A DNA stretch of 64,000 nucleotides from Brockia lithotrophica (GCA_003050565.1 PEBW01000003.1:87347-151346); one strand, 5' to 3'; shown: positions 1-11,812, counted from the first letter of the stretch. Program-made: numbers and translations. Notes: generated by a model from the sequence alone, not told the origin.

Positions 1-344
1 CCCTCGCTCCCCGGCCCGATCTGGGCATCCGCGGCGTCACCGTGGCGTACGTGCTTCAGGGCGTCGTCCTCACCGCCCTTCACCACCGCGCGCTCGTCCG
101 CCGCCTCGGATTCTCCCCACTCGGAGGTACCGAAGGGAAGTTGTACGTCGCGGCCCTGGGGAGCGCGGCAATCGGGGTGTGCGCCCTGCGTCTCCTCCCC
201 GCCGAAGTCGCCCTGGGAGGGCCCGTGCAGGAGCTTCTCCTCTCCCTCTTGGCGGCGATGCTCCTCTACGCCTTTCTCGCCGAACGGCTGCGCCTCTACC
301 CTTTTTCCGCCACGCTCACCCGCCTCCTCCGCGGCGAGGGGTAG
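1..344 (+). CDS. 3' end of a MurJ/SpoVB-type (MOP superfamily) flippase gene; 5' part lies outside the window
   Basis: Frame open from base 3 to the stop at 344. Hydrophobic TM-like tail (VVLTAL, LLLSLLAAMLLYAFL). Lies beside yrbG/yrzE/yajC-like genes as spoVB does in B. subtilis. Call rests on composition and synteny only. Confidence 0.4.
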   Translation, partial: LAPRPDLGIRGVTVAYVLQGVVLTALHHRALVRRLGFSPLGGTEGKLYVAALGSAAIGVCALRLLPAEVALGGPVQELLLSLLAAMLLYAFLAERLRLYPFSATLTRLLRGEG

Positions 345-1083
345 AGGAGCACGGCGCGGAACCGTCCGCGCCGGCGGAAGGCGCGGGAGGGCACTCCGCT
401 TCGTCCTTGAGGTCGAGGTAGACAGCCCCCTCGCAGTCCAACGTCATGAGGAAGACGTCCTCCGGCCGCGCGATGCCCCGGGCGCGCAGTTCTTCCCGGA
501 GCCAACGCTCGTCTTTCCCCGTTCGCTTGAGGTTTTCCGTGATCACCTCCCCGTCCATGATCACGGGCAAAGGGTGTACGTCCTTCACCTTCGGAGGAAC
601 GCCTAGGTCCTCCGGCGTGAGGGGTTGACGTTCGGGTTTCTTGACGACGGAGAGTTTGCCCGAAGGTTCGAGGTACGCAAACTCGACCTCGGCCACGTCC
701 AGGACGTCTTTTTCCCGAAGTTGCATGAGGAGGTCGTCGATGTTGTATCGGTGGGCGCGCATCTCGCGGTCGCGGATTTTTCCCCGCTCGATGAGGATCG
801 AGGGCTTCCCGTCGACGAAGTCGCGAAAGCGGCGGCTCTTCATCGACGCGTAGGAGATAGCGATTTGCGTGAGCGCGAGGAGGAGGATCGGCCCAAGGCC
901 GTGGTAAAGCGGCATTTCGAGGTCGTCGATCGTGAAGGCGGCGATCTCCGCGATCACGATCGAGACGACGAGGTCGAAGAGGGAAATTTGCCCGATTTCC
1001 CGCTTCCCCATGAGACGAATGATGAACATGAGGTACGCATACATGATGAGAGAACGTACGAGCATGCGCAAAAAGTCTTCCAC
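316..1083 (-). CDS. DUF421/UPF0702 membrane protein (YetF/YrbG family)
   Basis: LMGKREIGQISLFDLVVSIVIAEIA N-terminal TM region plus a soluble C-terminal domain typical of YetF/YrbG. GTG at 1083 is preceded by GGGAGGG. The upstream extension of the 281-aa ORF is Arg/Pro-rich junk. Confidence 0.8.
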   Translation of the reverse strand: MEDFLRMLVRSLIMYAYLMFIIRLMGKREIGQISLFDLVVSIVIAEIAAFTIDDLEMPLYHGLGPILLLALTQIAISYASMKSRRFRDFVDGKPSILIERGKIRDREMRAHRYNIDDLLMQLREKDVLDVAEVEFAYLEPSGKLSVVKKPERQPLTPEDLGVPPKVKDVHPLPVIMDGEVITENLKRTGKDERWLREELRARGIARPEDVFLMTLDCEGAVYLDLKDEAECPPAPSAGADGSAPCSSTPRRGGGG

Positions 1084-1163
1084 CCGTCGACCCTCCCGTG
1101 TTCCCGGCTCGGGCAAGGCAAGAAACCTACGGGCGTAGTTTGCGCAGATCGGAGGGCGCACCG

Positions 1164-1556
1164 ATGGAGTTCGTCAAGGCGTACGTGCTTTCGCTCGTCC
1201 TCTTCGTCCTCGTAGGCACGGCAGTGGTCCTCGTGTTCCCGGAAAGGGGAGGAGAGGGCGACGCCGGGCGGGAGGTGTGGTCGCTTCCCGGCCTCGTCCT
1301 GGGAACGCACCTGGGCGTAGCGTACGCAGCCGGAATGTTCCTCGGGCGCAGACAAAACGAAGGAGGGTGGCCGGCCGGGGCGCTTCTCGGCGCCCTCTAC
1401 CTCGCCACCCTCGCCGGGTTTGCCTGGATCTTTTTCGCCCGAACGCCGGGGCTGCCGACGATCGCCCTCCTCGTAGGCGCGGCGGCCGCCGGCGCGTTGG
1501 GGAGCCTTTCCTCGCAGCTCTTCCTCCTACGCGCGCCGCGTAGGCGGAGGCGCTGA
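1164..1556 (+). CDS. small integral membrane protein, YrzE-like
   Basis: ATG 1164 lies 7 nt after GGAGGG. Four hydrophobic segments. Position next to yajC matches yrzE of B. subtilis. No diagnostic motif. Confidence 0.5.
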   Translation: MEFVKAYVLSLVLFVLVGTAVVLVFPERGGEGDAGREVWSLPGLVLGTHLGVAYAAGMFLGRRQNEGGWPAGALLGALYLATLAGFAWIFFARTPGLPTIALLVGAAAAGALGSLSSQLFLLRAPRRRRR

Positions 1557-1561
1557 GCGCA

Positions 1562-1906
1562 TCACTCCTTGTCCTTATCTGCCTTTTCGTCGCGGAGGAC
1601 GACGCTTACGGCGCTTCGCTCAAACGTGAGGCGGCTGTCTCCGGCGCGGAGGACGACCGTCTTGTCGTTGAGGTCGACGATCGTTCCGTGGAGGCCGCCA
1701 ATGGTCACCACGCGGTCGCCCTTTTTGAGGGTGGCGAGCATGCGCTCGCGCTCCTTTTGCCTCTTTTGCTGCGGACGGATGAGGAGGAAGTAAAAGAGCA
1801 CAAACATGAGGAGGAGGAAGAGGACCGAGGAATATTGGGCGTAAACCTCCGCGATGCTCCCGTCTCCGCTGGCCTGCGCCAGAGTTGCCGTAGGTTCGTA
1901 AGGCAA
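1562..1906 (-). CDS. yajC: preprotein translocase subunit YajC
   Basis: FLLIRPQQKRQKE...KKGDRVVTIGGLHGTIV signature. Directly downstream of tgt. Confidence 0.9.
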   Translation of the reverse strand: MPYEPTATLAQASGDGSIAEVYAQYSSVLFLLLMFVLFYFLLIRPQQKRQKERERMLATLKKGDRVVTIGGLHGTIVDLNDKTVVLRAGDSRLTFERSAVSVVLRDEKADKDKE

Positions 1907-1940
1907 GAAAATCCACCCTTTCCGTGTGCCGCAAGTTGGC

Positions 1941-4193
<2,253 letters not shown>

Positions 4194-4197
<4 letters not shown>

Positions 4198-5213
4198 CGT
4201 TCGATCCGCGGCCCGCAGGGTGTGTGCAGGGGATTGGGAAGAAGGCCGTACGGCCGAAAGACGTCGGGCATGAAGAGGCGTTGTGCGCCCGCATCGCTCA
4301 CGCCGGCGTAGAGGACGGCCGTCCCGTCGGGATTGCGCACGAGGCCGCCGGGAAAAACGACGTTGGCGACGTCTTCTCGCTTCGCCGGTCCTTCGACAAA
4401 GTTCCGCCGTTCGGCGATGATCCGCACGTCGGTAAAGTTGAGCGTCACCGGATCGAAGACGAAGGCGAGGGCGTAGTAGTCTCGGTAACGCGTCGTTTCG
4501 TCGGCAAAGCGCGCGATGTGGCCGATGACGGCGAGCCGGCCGTCCGGGAGGAGTTGGGCTTCGTTCACCCCACCCCACTCCTCGTCCAAAAAGAGGCTCT
4601 CGAGGATGGGCGCGGACTCAAAGAGGTCGGGACGAAGTTCGTCCAAACTCCCCACGGTGAAGAAGCCGATCTTCCCCCGCCCCCCGATCCTGCCCTGCGG
4701 GCGCGTGAAGACGCCAATACGGCCGTCCTTAAGCTCGACGAGCCGAATGTCCTTCATCCCGTCCGGTCCGTAAAAGAAAGGGCGAAGGGAACGCACGTCG
4801 GAACCGCGGAAGAGGATGGTCCGCCACCACCAAAAGCGCGGCGGCACCCCCCGCGGATGGATGAACGTCTCTACGCCGCCGAGGACGAGCTCCCCCTGCA
4901 CGCGCGCGACAAAGGGGTCCTGCAGCGAAAAGATGGGCGTGTCCGGGAGGAGTTCCCAATCGCCGCGCTCGTTTTCCGCAAAAAAATACACCTCGGAGAC
5001 CTCGCTTCGGCGGTTTTCCACCCTGCCGGCGATGAGCCAGCGTCCGGCATCGCAAAAGGGAGGGGTGATGTTGTACACGTCCCGATCCTCAACGCCGATG
5101 AAGTGCAGGATTTCTGCGCGGAACGGCCCCTCCCCGGCCCGGAGCTCGCGAAGGAGGTCTTCGGCCGAACGCGCCCGTCTGGTCTGTACCATCTCCGGTG
5201 TCCCTCCGCCCAT
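4194..5213 (-). CDS. DUF1861 family protein (predicted GH130-like beta-propeller), function unknown
   Basis: HFIGVEDRDVYNITPPF, MKDIRLVELKDGRIGVFTRPQGRIGGRGKIGF and EEWGGVNE blocks recalled from DUF1861 proteins. ATG 5213 lies 6 nt after GGGGGAG (alternative ATG 5192). Stop overlaps the queA start. Confidence 0.65.
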
Positions 5214-5439
5214 ACACAACTCCCCCAACCGGTAACGCGTCTCGGCGGGTCTCCCTCTCCAACAGTATGCGTCTCGCGGGCGCGGTCGTGAACGGCAAAG
5301 AGCGCCACCGCCCGACCCTCTTCCGAAGGCGCACGCGCCGCACGGCCGGACCTCGCAACAACAACACCCCGCATCCGTCGCAGACCGCTTCCCGGAGGCG
5401 GATGCGATCTTTGCGCGGGTGAGCGGCACACTCTAAAGA

Positions 5440-5468
5440 AATATACCCGCTCGCGGGGAACCTGTAAA
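5440..5468 (-). promoter_or_regulatory. candidate sigma-A promoter for DUF1861-queA-tgt-yajC
   Basis: Minus strand reads TTTACA (5468-5463), 17 nt, TATATT (5445-5440). It lies ~220 nt upstream of the DUF1861 start. Confidence 0.45.
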
Positions 5469-5573
5469 GGCGCGGACGACCTAAAGTCAAGGCCTCCCGG
5501 GAGCAACGGGCGTCGGCGTTTCGCGTCCCGACTCGGTCGAACGGGGGTAAAGCACAAATTTCCAGACATTGCC

Positions 5574-5602
5574 TTGACGAAATTGTGAAAGCCATGCATA
5601 AT
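5574..5602 (+). promoter_or_regulatory. candidate strong sigma-A promoter for the glycosyl operon or an ncRNA
   Basis: TTGACG (5574-5579), 17 nt, CATAAT (5597-5602) in a locally AT-richer stretch. Confidence 0.6.
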
Positions 5603-5890
5603 CAGTTATGAAGCACAAAAATCGACCCCGCCTCCGTTCCGCATGTGGGGATGTGGCCGTCCCGACGGTGGCCGTAGGGAGCGGGGGCGGTCTCCGGCAC
5701 GTCCCGTGTTCCATCCGCAGGGGCAAGAGCTTTGCGTGCGCAAGGGGGACTCACCGAGCCCTACCCGGCACAGGCGGCGCGATCGCTGCGCGAAAGCCGG
5801 CATGCCGAAGAGAAACACCAAAGCAGTGCATACTAGCAGGGAAGGGCTTGCGTGTGCGGGCGCGTACACAGGACAGAAGGAGGGACACGG

Positions 5891-7000
5891 ATGCAGGCGT
5901 TGTTACTCGCGGGGGGTATGGGCACACGCCTTCGCCCCATCACGGAGGACCTGCCGAAGCCGATGGTTCCCCTGGGAAATCGCCCGTGGCTCGCATCGCT
6001 GATCCTGCACCTCCGCAAGGAAGGCGTGTCGCGCTTTGTGCTCGCCGTAAAGCACCACGCCCACGTGATCGAGGAGTACTTCGGTGACGGCTCTTCGCTC
6101 GGCGTGGAGATCCGCTACGCCCGGGAACGGGAGTACCTCGGCACGGCAGGAGCGATTAAGAACGCCGAAGCTTACCTGGAAGAGCGGTTCCTCGTCGTAA
6201 ACGCGGACATCGTGCACCTGGTAGATCTCGAGCGGCTCCTCGCCTTCCACCGAGAACACGGGGGCGCGGTGACCATAGGGCTCACGGAAGTCGAGAATCC
6301 TTCCGCCTACGGCGTCGTCGCCCAGGGGGAGCGGGGAGAAATCCTCCGCTTTGTCGAAAAGCCAAAGATCGAAGAAGCGCCCTCGCGTCGAATCAACGCG
6401 GGGGTGTACGTTCTCGAACGGCGCGTGTTGGACGCGATCCCGCGGGGCCGCGAGGTGTCCATCGAGCGGGAGGTCTTCCCCCGCCTCATCGCCGAGGGTG
6501 CGGGCGTCTACGGCCTTCTCCTCGACGGCTACTGGATGGACATTGGAACACCGGAGCGCTATCGCCAAGCGCACTGGGACCTCCTCGACGGCGCCTTCCG
6601 CCTCCCGGAATTTCCCGCGGGCGCGAAGAGCGGCATATACGTAGGTCGGCGCGTGCGCATCGGAAAGAACGTGCGCCTCGTGCCGCCGCTCCTCCTTTCC
6701 GACGACGTCGTGGTAGAAGACGACGCCGTCGTCGGGCCGTACGCAATCCTCGGAGAAGGCGTGCGCGTCGGCCGTGGGGCGACGGTCACGCGGACGATCC
6801 TCTGGCGGCGCGCCCGCGTCGGCGACCTGAGCAACCTTTCCGAGACGATCGGCTGCGAAGGGGTGGAGACGCCTCCCGCGTACACGGTGCACGCGGCAAT
6901 CCTCAAGGTTTCGCGGGAACGGCTTTTGGCGTTGCGCTCCGTCGCGCAGGCGGCCTCCCCCGCAGATGAAGTTGCACCAAAGGCGGTGCCGCATCGATGA
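5891..7000 (+). CDS. NDP-sugar pyrophosphorylase (mannose-1-phosphate guanylyltransferase-like nucleotidyltransferase with C-terminal left-handed beta-helix)
   Basis: LAGGMGTRLRPIT (GxGTRxxPxT) at the N-terminus, EKP and YWMDIGTP motifs, hexapeptide-like C-terminal third. ATG 5891 preceded by GGAGGG. Confidence 0.85.
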   Translation: MQALLLAGGMGTRLRPITEDLPKPMVPLGNRPWLASLILHLRKEGVSRFVLAVKHHAHVIEEYFGDGSSLGVEIRYAREREYLGTAGAIKNAEAYLEERFLVVNADIVHLVDLERLLAFHREHGGAVTIGLTEVENPSAYGVVAQGERGEILRFVEKPKIEEAPSRRINAGVYVLERRVLDAIPRGREVSIEREVFPRLIAEGAGVYGLLLDGYWMDIGTPERYRQAHWDLLDGAFRLPEFPAGAKSGIYVGRRVRIGKNVRLVPPLLLSDDVVVEDDAVVGPYAILGEGVRVGRGATVTRTILWRRARVGDLSNLSETIGCEGVETPPAYTVHAAILKVSRERLLALRSVAQAASPADEVAPKAVPHR

Positions 7001-8160
7001 AATTCCTCTTCGTCAGCACCTTCCCCCCGACGGCGTGCGGAATTGCCACCTTTACCTCCCACCTGCGAAACAGCATGATCGCCGCCCTCGGACTCGCCCA
7101 GGAAGACCTACCCGTGCTCGCCGTCGTACCCCCGAGGGAAACGGTGCCCGAAAACACCTTTCTCCGCGTCCTCCCCAAAGAAGACCGGGAGGCCTACCGG
7201 GAGGCGGCGGAATGGGTGAACGCTTCGGACGTCGACGTCGTGAACGTCCAGCACGAATTCGGAATCTTCGGCGGCGGGGAGGGGCGATACCTCCTCGACT
7301 TTTTGTCGCGGCTCGAAAAACCGGTCATCACGACGTTTCACACCGTTTTTTCTCGCCGCACCCCTCCCTACGACGCCGTACAGGAGGAGATCCTCGCCCG
7401 CAGCGCCCGCGCCGTCGTGATGACGCCGACCGCCGTACGCTACCTCGTGGAGCAGTACGGGATACCACCGGAGAAGGTGCAGGTGATTCCCCACGGCACG
7501 CCGGCAAAGCCGCGGTTCAGCCGCGAGGCCCTGCGGAGAAAGTGGGGCGTGTCGGGACGCAAGGTCGTCCTGAGTTTCGGGCTCCTCAGCCGGAGCAAGG
7601 GGATCGATCGCTTCCTCACCTACCTGCCGGATGTCGTGCGGGGGGTGCCGGAGCTCCTCTACCTCATCGCGGGGCAAACGCATCCCGAGGTGCGACGCCG
7701 AGAAGGCGAAGCCTACCGCGAAGAGCTCCAGCGTCTCGTCCGCGAACTCGGCCTCGAAGGACACGTGCGCTTCGTCGACCGCTTCCTGAGCGACGAAGAG
7801 CTCGTGGAACTCCTCGCCATCAGCGACGTATACATCACCCATTACCCGGGGCTCGAGCAGATCTCCAGCGGAACGCTGGCGTACGCCGTGGGGCTTGGTC
7901 GCCCCGTCCTTTCGACGCCCTACACGTACGCCCGCGACCTCCTGGCAAGATTTCCCGACCTCCTCCTCCCCTACGGCGATCGAGCCGCGTGGTCGGCGGC
8001 GCTGGAGCGGATTCTCCGGGACGACGCGTACCGGAGGGGACTCGAGCGCCGGCTCAGAGCCGTAGGTCGGCAGATGCGCTGGGAAAACGTGGGCCGCGCG
8101 ATGTGGGAACTGGGCAAGGCGCTGGCCCCGGGAGTCGAGGTGAAGACGAGCCATGGATAG
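6997..8160 (+). CDS. glycosyltransferase family 4 (GT-B, Glycos_transf_1)
   Basis: MKFLFVSTFPPTACGIATF N-terminus. C-terminal half carries the EX7E-type region (HYPGLEQISSGTLAYAVGLGRPVLSTP). ATGA overlap with the upstream gene. Confidence 0.85.
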   Translation: MKFLFVSTFPPTACGIATFTSHLRNSMIAALGLAQEDLPVLAVVPPRETVPENTFLRVLPKEDREAYREAAEWVNASDVDVVNVQHEFGIFGGGEGRYLLDFLSRLEKPVITTFHTVFSRRTPPYDAVQEEILARSARAVVMTPTAVRYLVEQYGIPPEKVQVIPHGTPAKPRFSREALRRKWGVSGRKVVLSFGLLSRSKGIDRFLTYLPDVVRGVPELLYLIAGQTHPEVRRREGEAYREELQRLVRELGLEGHVRFVDRFLSDEELVELLAISDVYITHYPGLEQISSGTLAYAVGLGRPVLSTPYTYARDLLARFPDLLLPYGDRAAWSAALERILRDDAYRRGLERRLRAVGRQMRWENVGRAMWELGKALAPGVEVKTSHG

Positions 8161-9283
8161 GGGTCGAAAGGTTTCCTTTCGCCACCTGTTCCGCCTGACG
8201 GACCGCACCGGACTTCTGGAGCACGCCCACAAGCTCCTCCCGCGCCGGAAAGAGGGGTATACGGCAGACGACAACGCCCGCGCCCTCTGGGCGGCGCTCG
8301 CGTGGAGCCGCGAACTCCCCGAAGGAGAACTTCGGAGCGCCCTCCTCGAACGGGCGGAAATCTACCTCGCGTTTCTCGAGTGGGTGAGCTTGCCCAACGG
8401 CCGCTTCCACAACAACGTCACCTACGACGGCCGTCCGGAAGAGGAATCTCCTTCCGACGACCTACACGGCCGCGTCCTCTGGGCGCTCGCATGGGCGGAG
8501 CGGAGTTTTCCCCAGCGGCCGCACAGAAAGCTGGCCACCGAACTTCTCGAGCACGCGTTAGGGCCCGTACAGCGGGGGGAAATCCGTGCCCTCCGGGGAA
8601 TGGCGTACACCCTGGCCGCCCTCGCCTACCGCGGGATCCGAAGCGCCGAAGAGCGCCGCGCCTTCGACGAAATGCTCGCCGAATTCCGCTCGGCCTTTGC
8701 AGCACACGCCCGGGACGAGTGGACGTGGTTCGAGCCGCGGCTCACGTACTCCAACGCCCTTCTCCCGTGGGGGCTTCTGGCGGCGTACGAAGTCACCGGG
8801 GATCGGGAGATCCGCGACATCGCCCTCGCCTCGCTCGACTTTTTGATCCGCACGATGACCGACGCCCGCCGCGGAATCGTCCGCCCCGTCGGCAACCGCG
8901 GTTGGGGAGAACCGGGTAAGATCGCCCGCTTCGATCAGCAACCCGTGGACGTCTGGAAACTCGCCATGGCGGCGGAAAAGGCGTACGCGCTCACGCGCAA
9001 TCCCCTCTACCGGGAGACGTTTGCGCGCGCGGCGGCCTGGTTCACGGGGGCCAACGACCTCGGCGTCCCCCTCGTCGACGAAGAGGAAGGCGCCGCTTAC
9101 GACGGCCTCACGCCGACCGGACCCAACGAAAACGCCGGCGCGGAGGCGACGCTCTCCTACCTCATGACCGCCTACTACGCCATCCGAATGGCCGCCCTCA
9201 CGGGCCGGCACTTCGTCCTCTCCCCGCAAGGCGAAAGCGTCTTCTTCGCCGAGGTCGAGCAGGTGGGACGTCGGGCCTTGTGA
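8153..9283 (+). CDS. hypothetical protein, possibly an (alpha/alpha)6-toroid glycoside-hydrolase-like protein
   Basis: Host-like codon usage. 8-nt overlap with the upstream GT4 gene. GYTADDNARALWA and NENAGAEATLSYL resemble motifs of (alpha/alpha)6 glycosidases. The function call is weak. Confidence 0.55.
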   Translation: MDRGRKVSFRHLFRLTDRTGLLEHAHKLLPRRKEGYTADDNARALWAALAWSRELPEGELRSALLERAEIYLAFLEWVSLPNGRFHNNVTYDGRPEEESPSDDLHGRVLWALAWAERSFPQRPHRKLATELLEHALGPVQRGEIRALRGMAYTLAALAYRGIRSAEERRAFDEMLAEFRSAFAAHARDEWTWFEPRLTYSNALLPWGLLAAYEVTGDREIRDIALASLDFLIRTMTDARRGIVRPVGNRGWGEPGKIARFDQQPVDVWKLAMAAEKAYALTRNPLYRETFARAAAWFTGANDLGVPLVDEEEGAAYDGLTPTGPNENAGAEATLSYLMTAYYAIRMAALTGRHFVLSPQGESVFFAEVEQVGRRAL

Positions 9284-9426
9284 GCCGGGGCCACGTCCGC
9301 CGTCCCCGAAAAGACGAAGGCAGACCTCCGGCCCGCAGAGGACCCCGCCGCCGAGCGAAGGGGCGGACGGGTCCGGACGGACCTGCGTTTGAACCCGACC
9401 ACGCGTGCATCCGGAGGTGAAGAAAC

Positions 9427-10473
9427 ACGCGCCGCATCGGAATCCTCGCCCCCATCACGTGGCGCATCCCTCCCCGCGCGTACGGACCTTGGGAGTACGT
9501 CGCCGGAAGCCTCGCCCGGGGGCTCGTAGAGCGCGGGTACGACGTCGTCCTCTTCGCCACCGCCGACGCGGAGACGCCCGCGCGCCTGGAAGCCGTGTGC
9601 CCGGGACCCTTAGGCGAGCGGGAGGATCTCCCTCCGCGGCCGTGCGAGCTCATGCACGTCGCCCATGCCCTAAAGCGCGCCGAAGAGCTGGGGCTCGACC
9701 TCCTCCACAACCACATGAACTACCTCCCCCTCCCCTTTACCCCGCTCGTCTCGGTCCCCGTTCTTACGACGCTGCACGGCGCCGCCCTCCTGGAGGCGGA
9801 CTCGCGCTTTCTCTACCGACGCTACCCTCACCTCCCCTACGTCTCCATCAGCTACGCGGAACGCCAGGGTGCGCCGGAGCTCCGGTACGTAGCCAACGTC
9901 TACAACGGAATCGACCTCGCGGACTTCACCTTCGTCGAACGGCCGGGTTCCTACCTCCTCTTCCTCGGGCGCTTGAGCCCCGTGAAAGGTCCCGACCTGG
10001 CCATCGAGGTCGCCCGCCGCACGGGTTTCCCCCTCAAGCTCGCGGGTCCCGTTCCCCCCGAAGACCGCGAGTTCTTCGAAGCAAAAATCCGCCCGCACGT
10101 GAACGGGCGGTCGATCGAATACGTAGGAGAAGTCGGTCCGCGCGAACGCGACCGCCTCCTCGGCGGCGCCCTGGCGCTCTTGCACCTCGTGCGGGCTCCC
10201 GAGCCCTTCGGCCTCGTGATGGTCGAGGCGATGGCCACGGGCACGCCCGTGATCGGGATGGCCAGGGGCTCCGTGCCCGAAGTCGTCGAGGACGGCGTGA
10301 CGGGCTTCGTCGTGGAAGACCTCGAAGGGGCCGTGCGGGCCGTGCCGCGCGTCGCCGGGCTCCGCCGCGCGGAAGCGCGTCGGCGCGTAGAGGAACGCTT
10401 TACCCTCGACCACATGATCGAGGGGTACGTGCGGGCGTACGAAACGGTGCTCGCAGAACAAGGCGAACGATAA
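9427..10473 (+). CDS. glycosyltransferase family 4; no canonical start codon in frame (ACG at the expected position)
   Basis: The frame encodes RRIGILAPITWRIPP...LHGAA...EPFGLVMVEAMATGTPVI...GFVV, a complete GT4. It is open only from 9421 and has no ATG/GTG/TTG before 9595. SD GGAGG (9413-9417) lies 9 nt before ACG 9427. Confidence 0.7.
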   Translation, partial: TRRIGILAPITWRIPPRAYGPWEYVAGSLARGLVERGYDVVLFATADAETPARLEAVCPGPLGEREDLPPRPCELMHVAHALKRAEELGLDLLHNHMNYLPLPFTPLVSVPVLTTLHGAALLEADSRFLYRRYPHLPYVSISYAERQGAPELRYVANVYNGIDLADFTFVERPGSYLLFLGRLSPVKGPDLAIEVARRTGFPLKLAGPVPPEDREFFEAKIRPHVNGRSIEYVGEVGPRERDRLLGGALALLHLVRAPEPFGLVMVEAMATGTPVIGMARGSVPEVVEDGVTGFVVEDLEGAVRAVPRVAGLRRAEARRRVEERFTLDHMIEGYVRAYETVLAEQGER

Positions 10474-10484
10474 ACAGGGCGAAC

Positions 10485-10509
10485 GGCCGGCGTTTCGCCG
10501 GCCTTTTTT
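10485..10509 (+). terminator. rho-independent terminator of the glycosyl operon
   Basis: GGCCGGCG-ttt-CGCCGGCC followed by TTTTTT. Confidence 0.8.
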
Positions 10510-10517
10510 GCGGCGGT

Positions 10518-10754
10518 TCACCGCCGGAAGAGGAACTGGAGGAGGAAGAGGAGGAGCGTGAGGGCGGCGCTCACGAGGAGGGAAGTCGTGAGTGGAAAGT
10601 AGATGATCGTGTGCTCGCGGCGAATCACGATGTCCCCCGGAAGACGCCCCAACGGAAGGTGCGTTCCAAACACGGAGAGAAACGCCCCCGCGAGGAAGAG
10701 GACGGCACCGGCGACCATGAGAATGCGCCCGATCTCTCCAAGCAACGGACTCAC
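10518..10754 (-). CDS. DUF2905 small membrane protein
   Basis: [37 protein letters not shown] signature. The GTG start overlaps the ruvB stop (GTGA). Confidence 0.75.
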   Translation of the reverse strand: MSPLLGEIGRILMVAGAVLFLAGAFLSVFGTHLPLGRLPGDIVIRREHTIIYFPLTTSLLVSAALTLLLFLLQFLFRR

Positions 10755-11812
10755 CCCCTGACTCCTTCTCTTTCTCCGGGAAGGGGGCGCCCGAGGTGGG
10801 CATACGCCCGGGGAAGGGCCACCCGTCCGCGCGGCGTGCGGGCGAGAAAGCCCCGGCCCAAAAGATAGGGTTCGTATACTTCCTCGAGCGTACCCTTGTC
10901 CTCTCCGAGGGCGGCGGCGAGGGCATCGAGTCCCGCCGGGCCGCCGCCAAAGACGTCGATCAGCGTGAGGAGAAAGCGCCGGTCGAGGGGGTCGAGCCCC
11001 GCCGGATCCACCCGCAGGCGGTCGAGTGCGCGGCAAGCGACGGCATGGGAAATCCTCCCGTCCCCCTCCACTTCGGCAAAGTCGCGCACGCGCCGGAGGA
11101 GGCGCAGGGCGATGCGCGGCGTACCGCGCGCGCGGCGGGCGATCTCCGCCGCCGCCTCCTCCCTCACTTCCACCCCGAGGCGTGAGGCCGCCCGGAGGAC
11201 GATGTGCGCGAGCTCGTCCTCCGCGTAGTAGTCGAGGCGAAAGAGGACGCCGAAGCGGTCCCGCAGCGGCGCCCCCAAGAGGCCCAGGCGGGTCGTCGCC
11301 CCGACGAGGGTGAAACGCGGGAGGTCGAGGCGGAAGGTGCGCGCTCCGGGTCCCTTCCCGAGGACGATGTCCAGGGTAAACTGTTCCATCGCCCCGTAGA
11401 GGATCTCCTCCACGGGGCGGGGAATCCGGTGGATCTCGTCGATGAAGAGTACGTCCCCTTCCTGAAGCCCGGAAAGGATGGCCGCCAGGTCGCCGGGGCG
11501 CTCGAGTACGGGGCCGGAGGTGGCCACGAGCTCCGCCCCCATCTCGCGGGCGATGATGTGGGCGAGCGTCGTCTTTCCGAGACCTGGCGGACCGTAAAAG
11601 AGGACGTGGTCGAGGGGCTCGCCGCGCCGCCTAGCGGCAGCGAGGAACACGCGCAGGTTGCTGACCACTTCCCTCTGGCCGATGTAATCGTCGAGGGCTG
11701 CGGGACGCAAGGCTTCCGCCGAATCTTCCCGTCCCACCGATGCGGCGGAAAACACCGCTCCTTCCTCCCAGGAAGACGCCGCCCCGTCCATCTCCCTCCA
11801 ACCCCCGTACAC
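10751..11812 (-). CDS. ruvB: Holliday junction branch migration helicase RuvB
   Basis: [14 protein letters not shown] Walker [18 protein letters not shown]. Confidence 0.97.
   Translation of the reverse strand: MYGGWREMDGAASSWEEGAVFSAASVGREDSAEALRPAALDDYIGQREVVSNLRVFLAAARRRGEPLDHVLFYGPPGLGKTTLAHIIAREMGAELVATSGPVLERPGDLAAILSGLQEGDVLFIDEIHRIPRPVEEILYGAMEQFTLDIVLGKGPGARTFRLDLPRFTLVGATTRLGLLGAPLRDRFGVLFRLDYYAEDELAHIVLRAASRLGVEVREEAAAEIARRARGTPRIALRLLRRVRDFAEVEGDGRISHAVACRALDRLRVDPAGLDPLDRRFLLTLIDVFGGGPAGLDALAAALGEDKGTLEEVYEPYLLGRGFLARTPRGRVALPRAYAHLGRPLPGEREGVRG

Noticed and set aside
5214-5439. Possible preQ1 riboswitch in the leader of the DUF1861-queA-tgt operon
   Set aside because: No preQ1-I or preQ1-II core (for example CCCUCU...AAAAAACUA) was found. 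The local hairpins (GCATCCG...CGGATGC) are generic. Also, preQ1 riboswitches normally control queCDEF or transporter genes rather than queA/tgt.
5608-6087. 159-aa ORF beginning right at the predicted transcription start of the 5574-5602 promoter (possible leaderless gene)
   Set aside because: The sequence is Arg/Gly-rich and low complexity. It overlaps the well-supported NDP-sugar pyrophosphorylase gene out of frame, and its codon usage is not gene-like.
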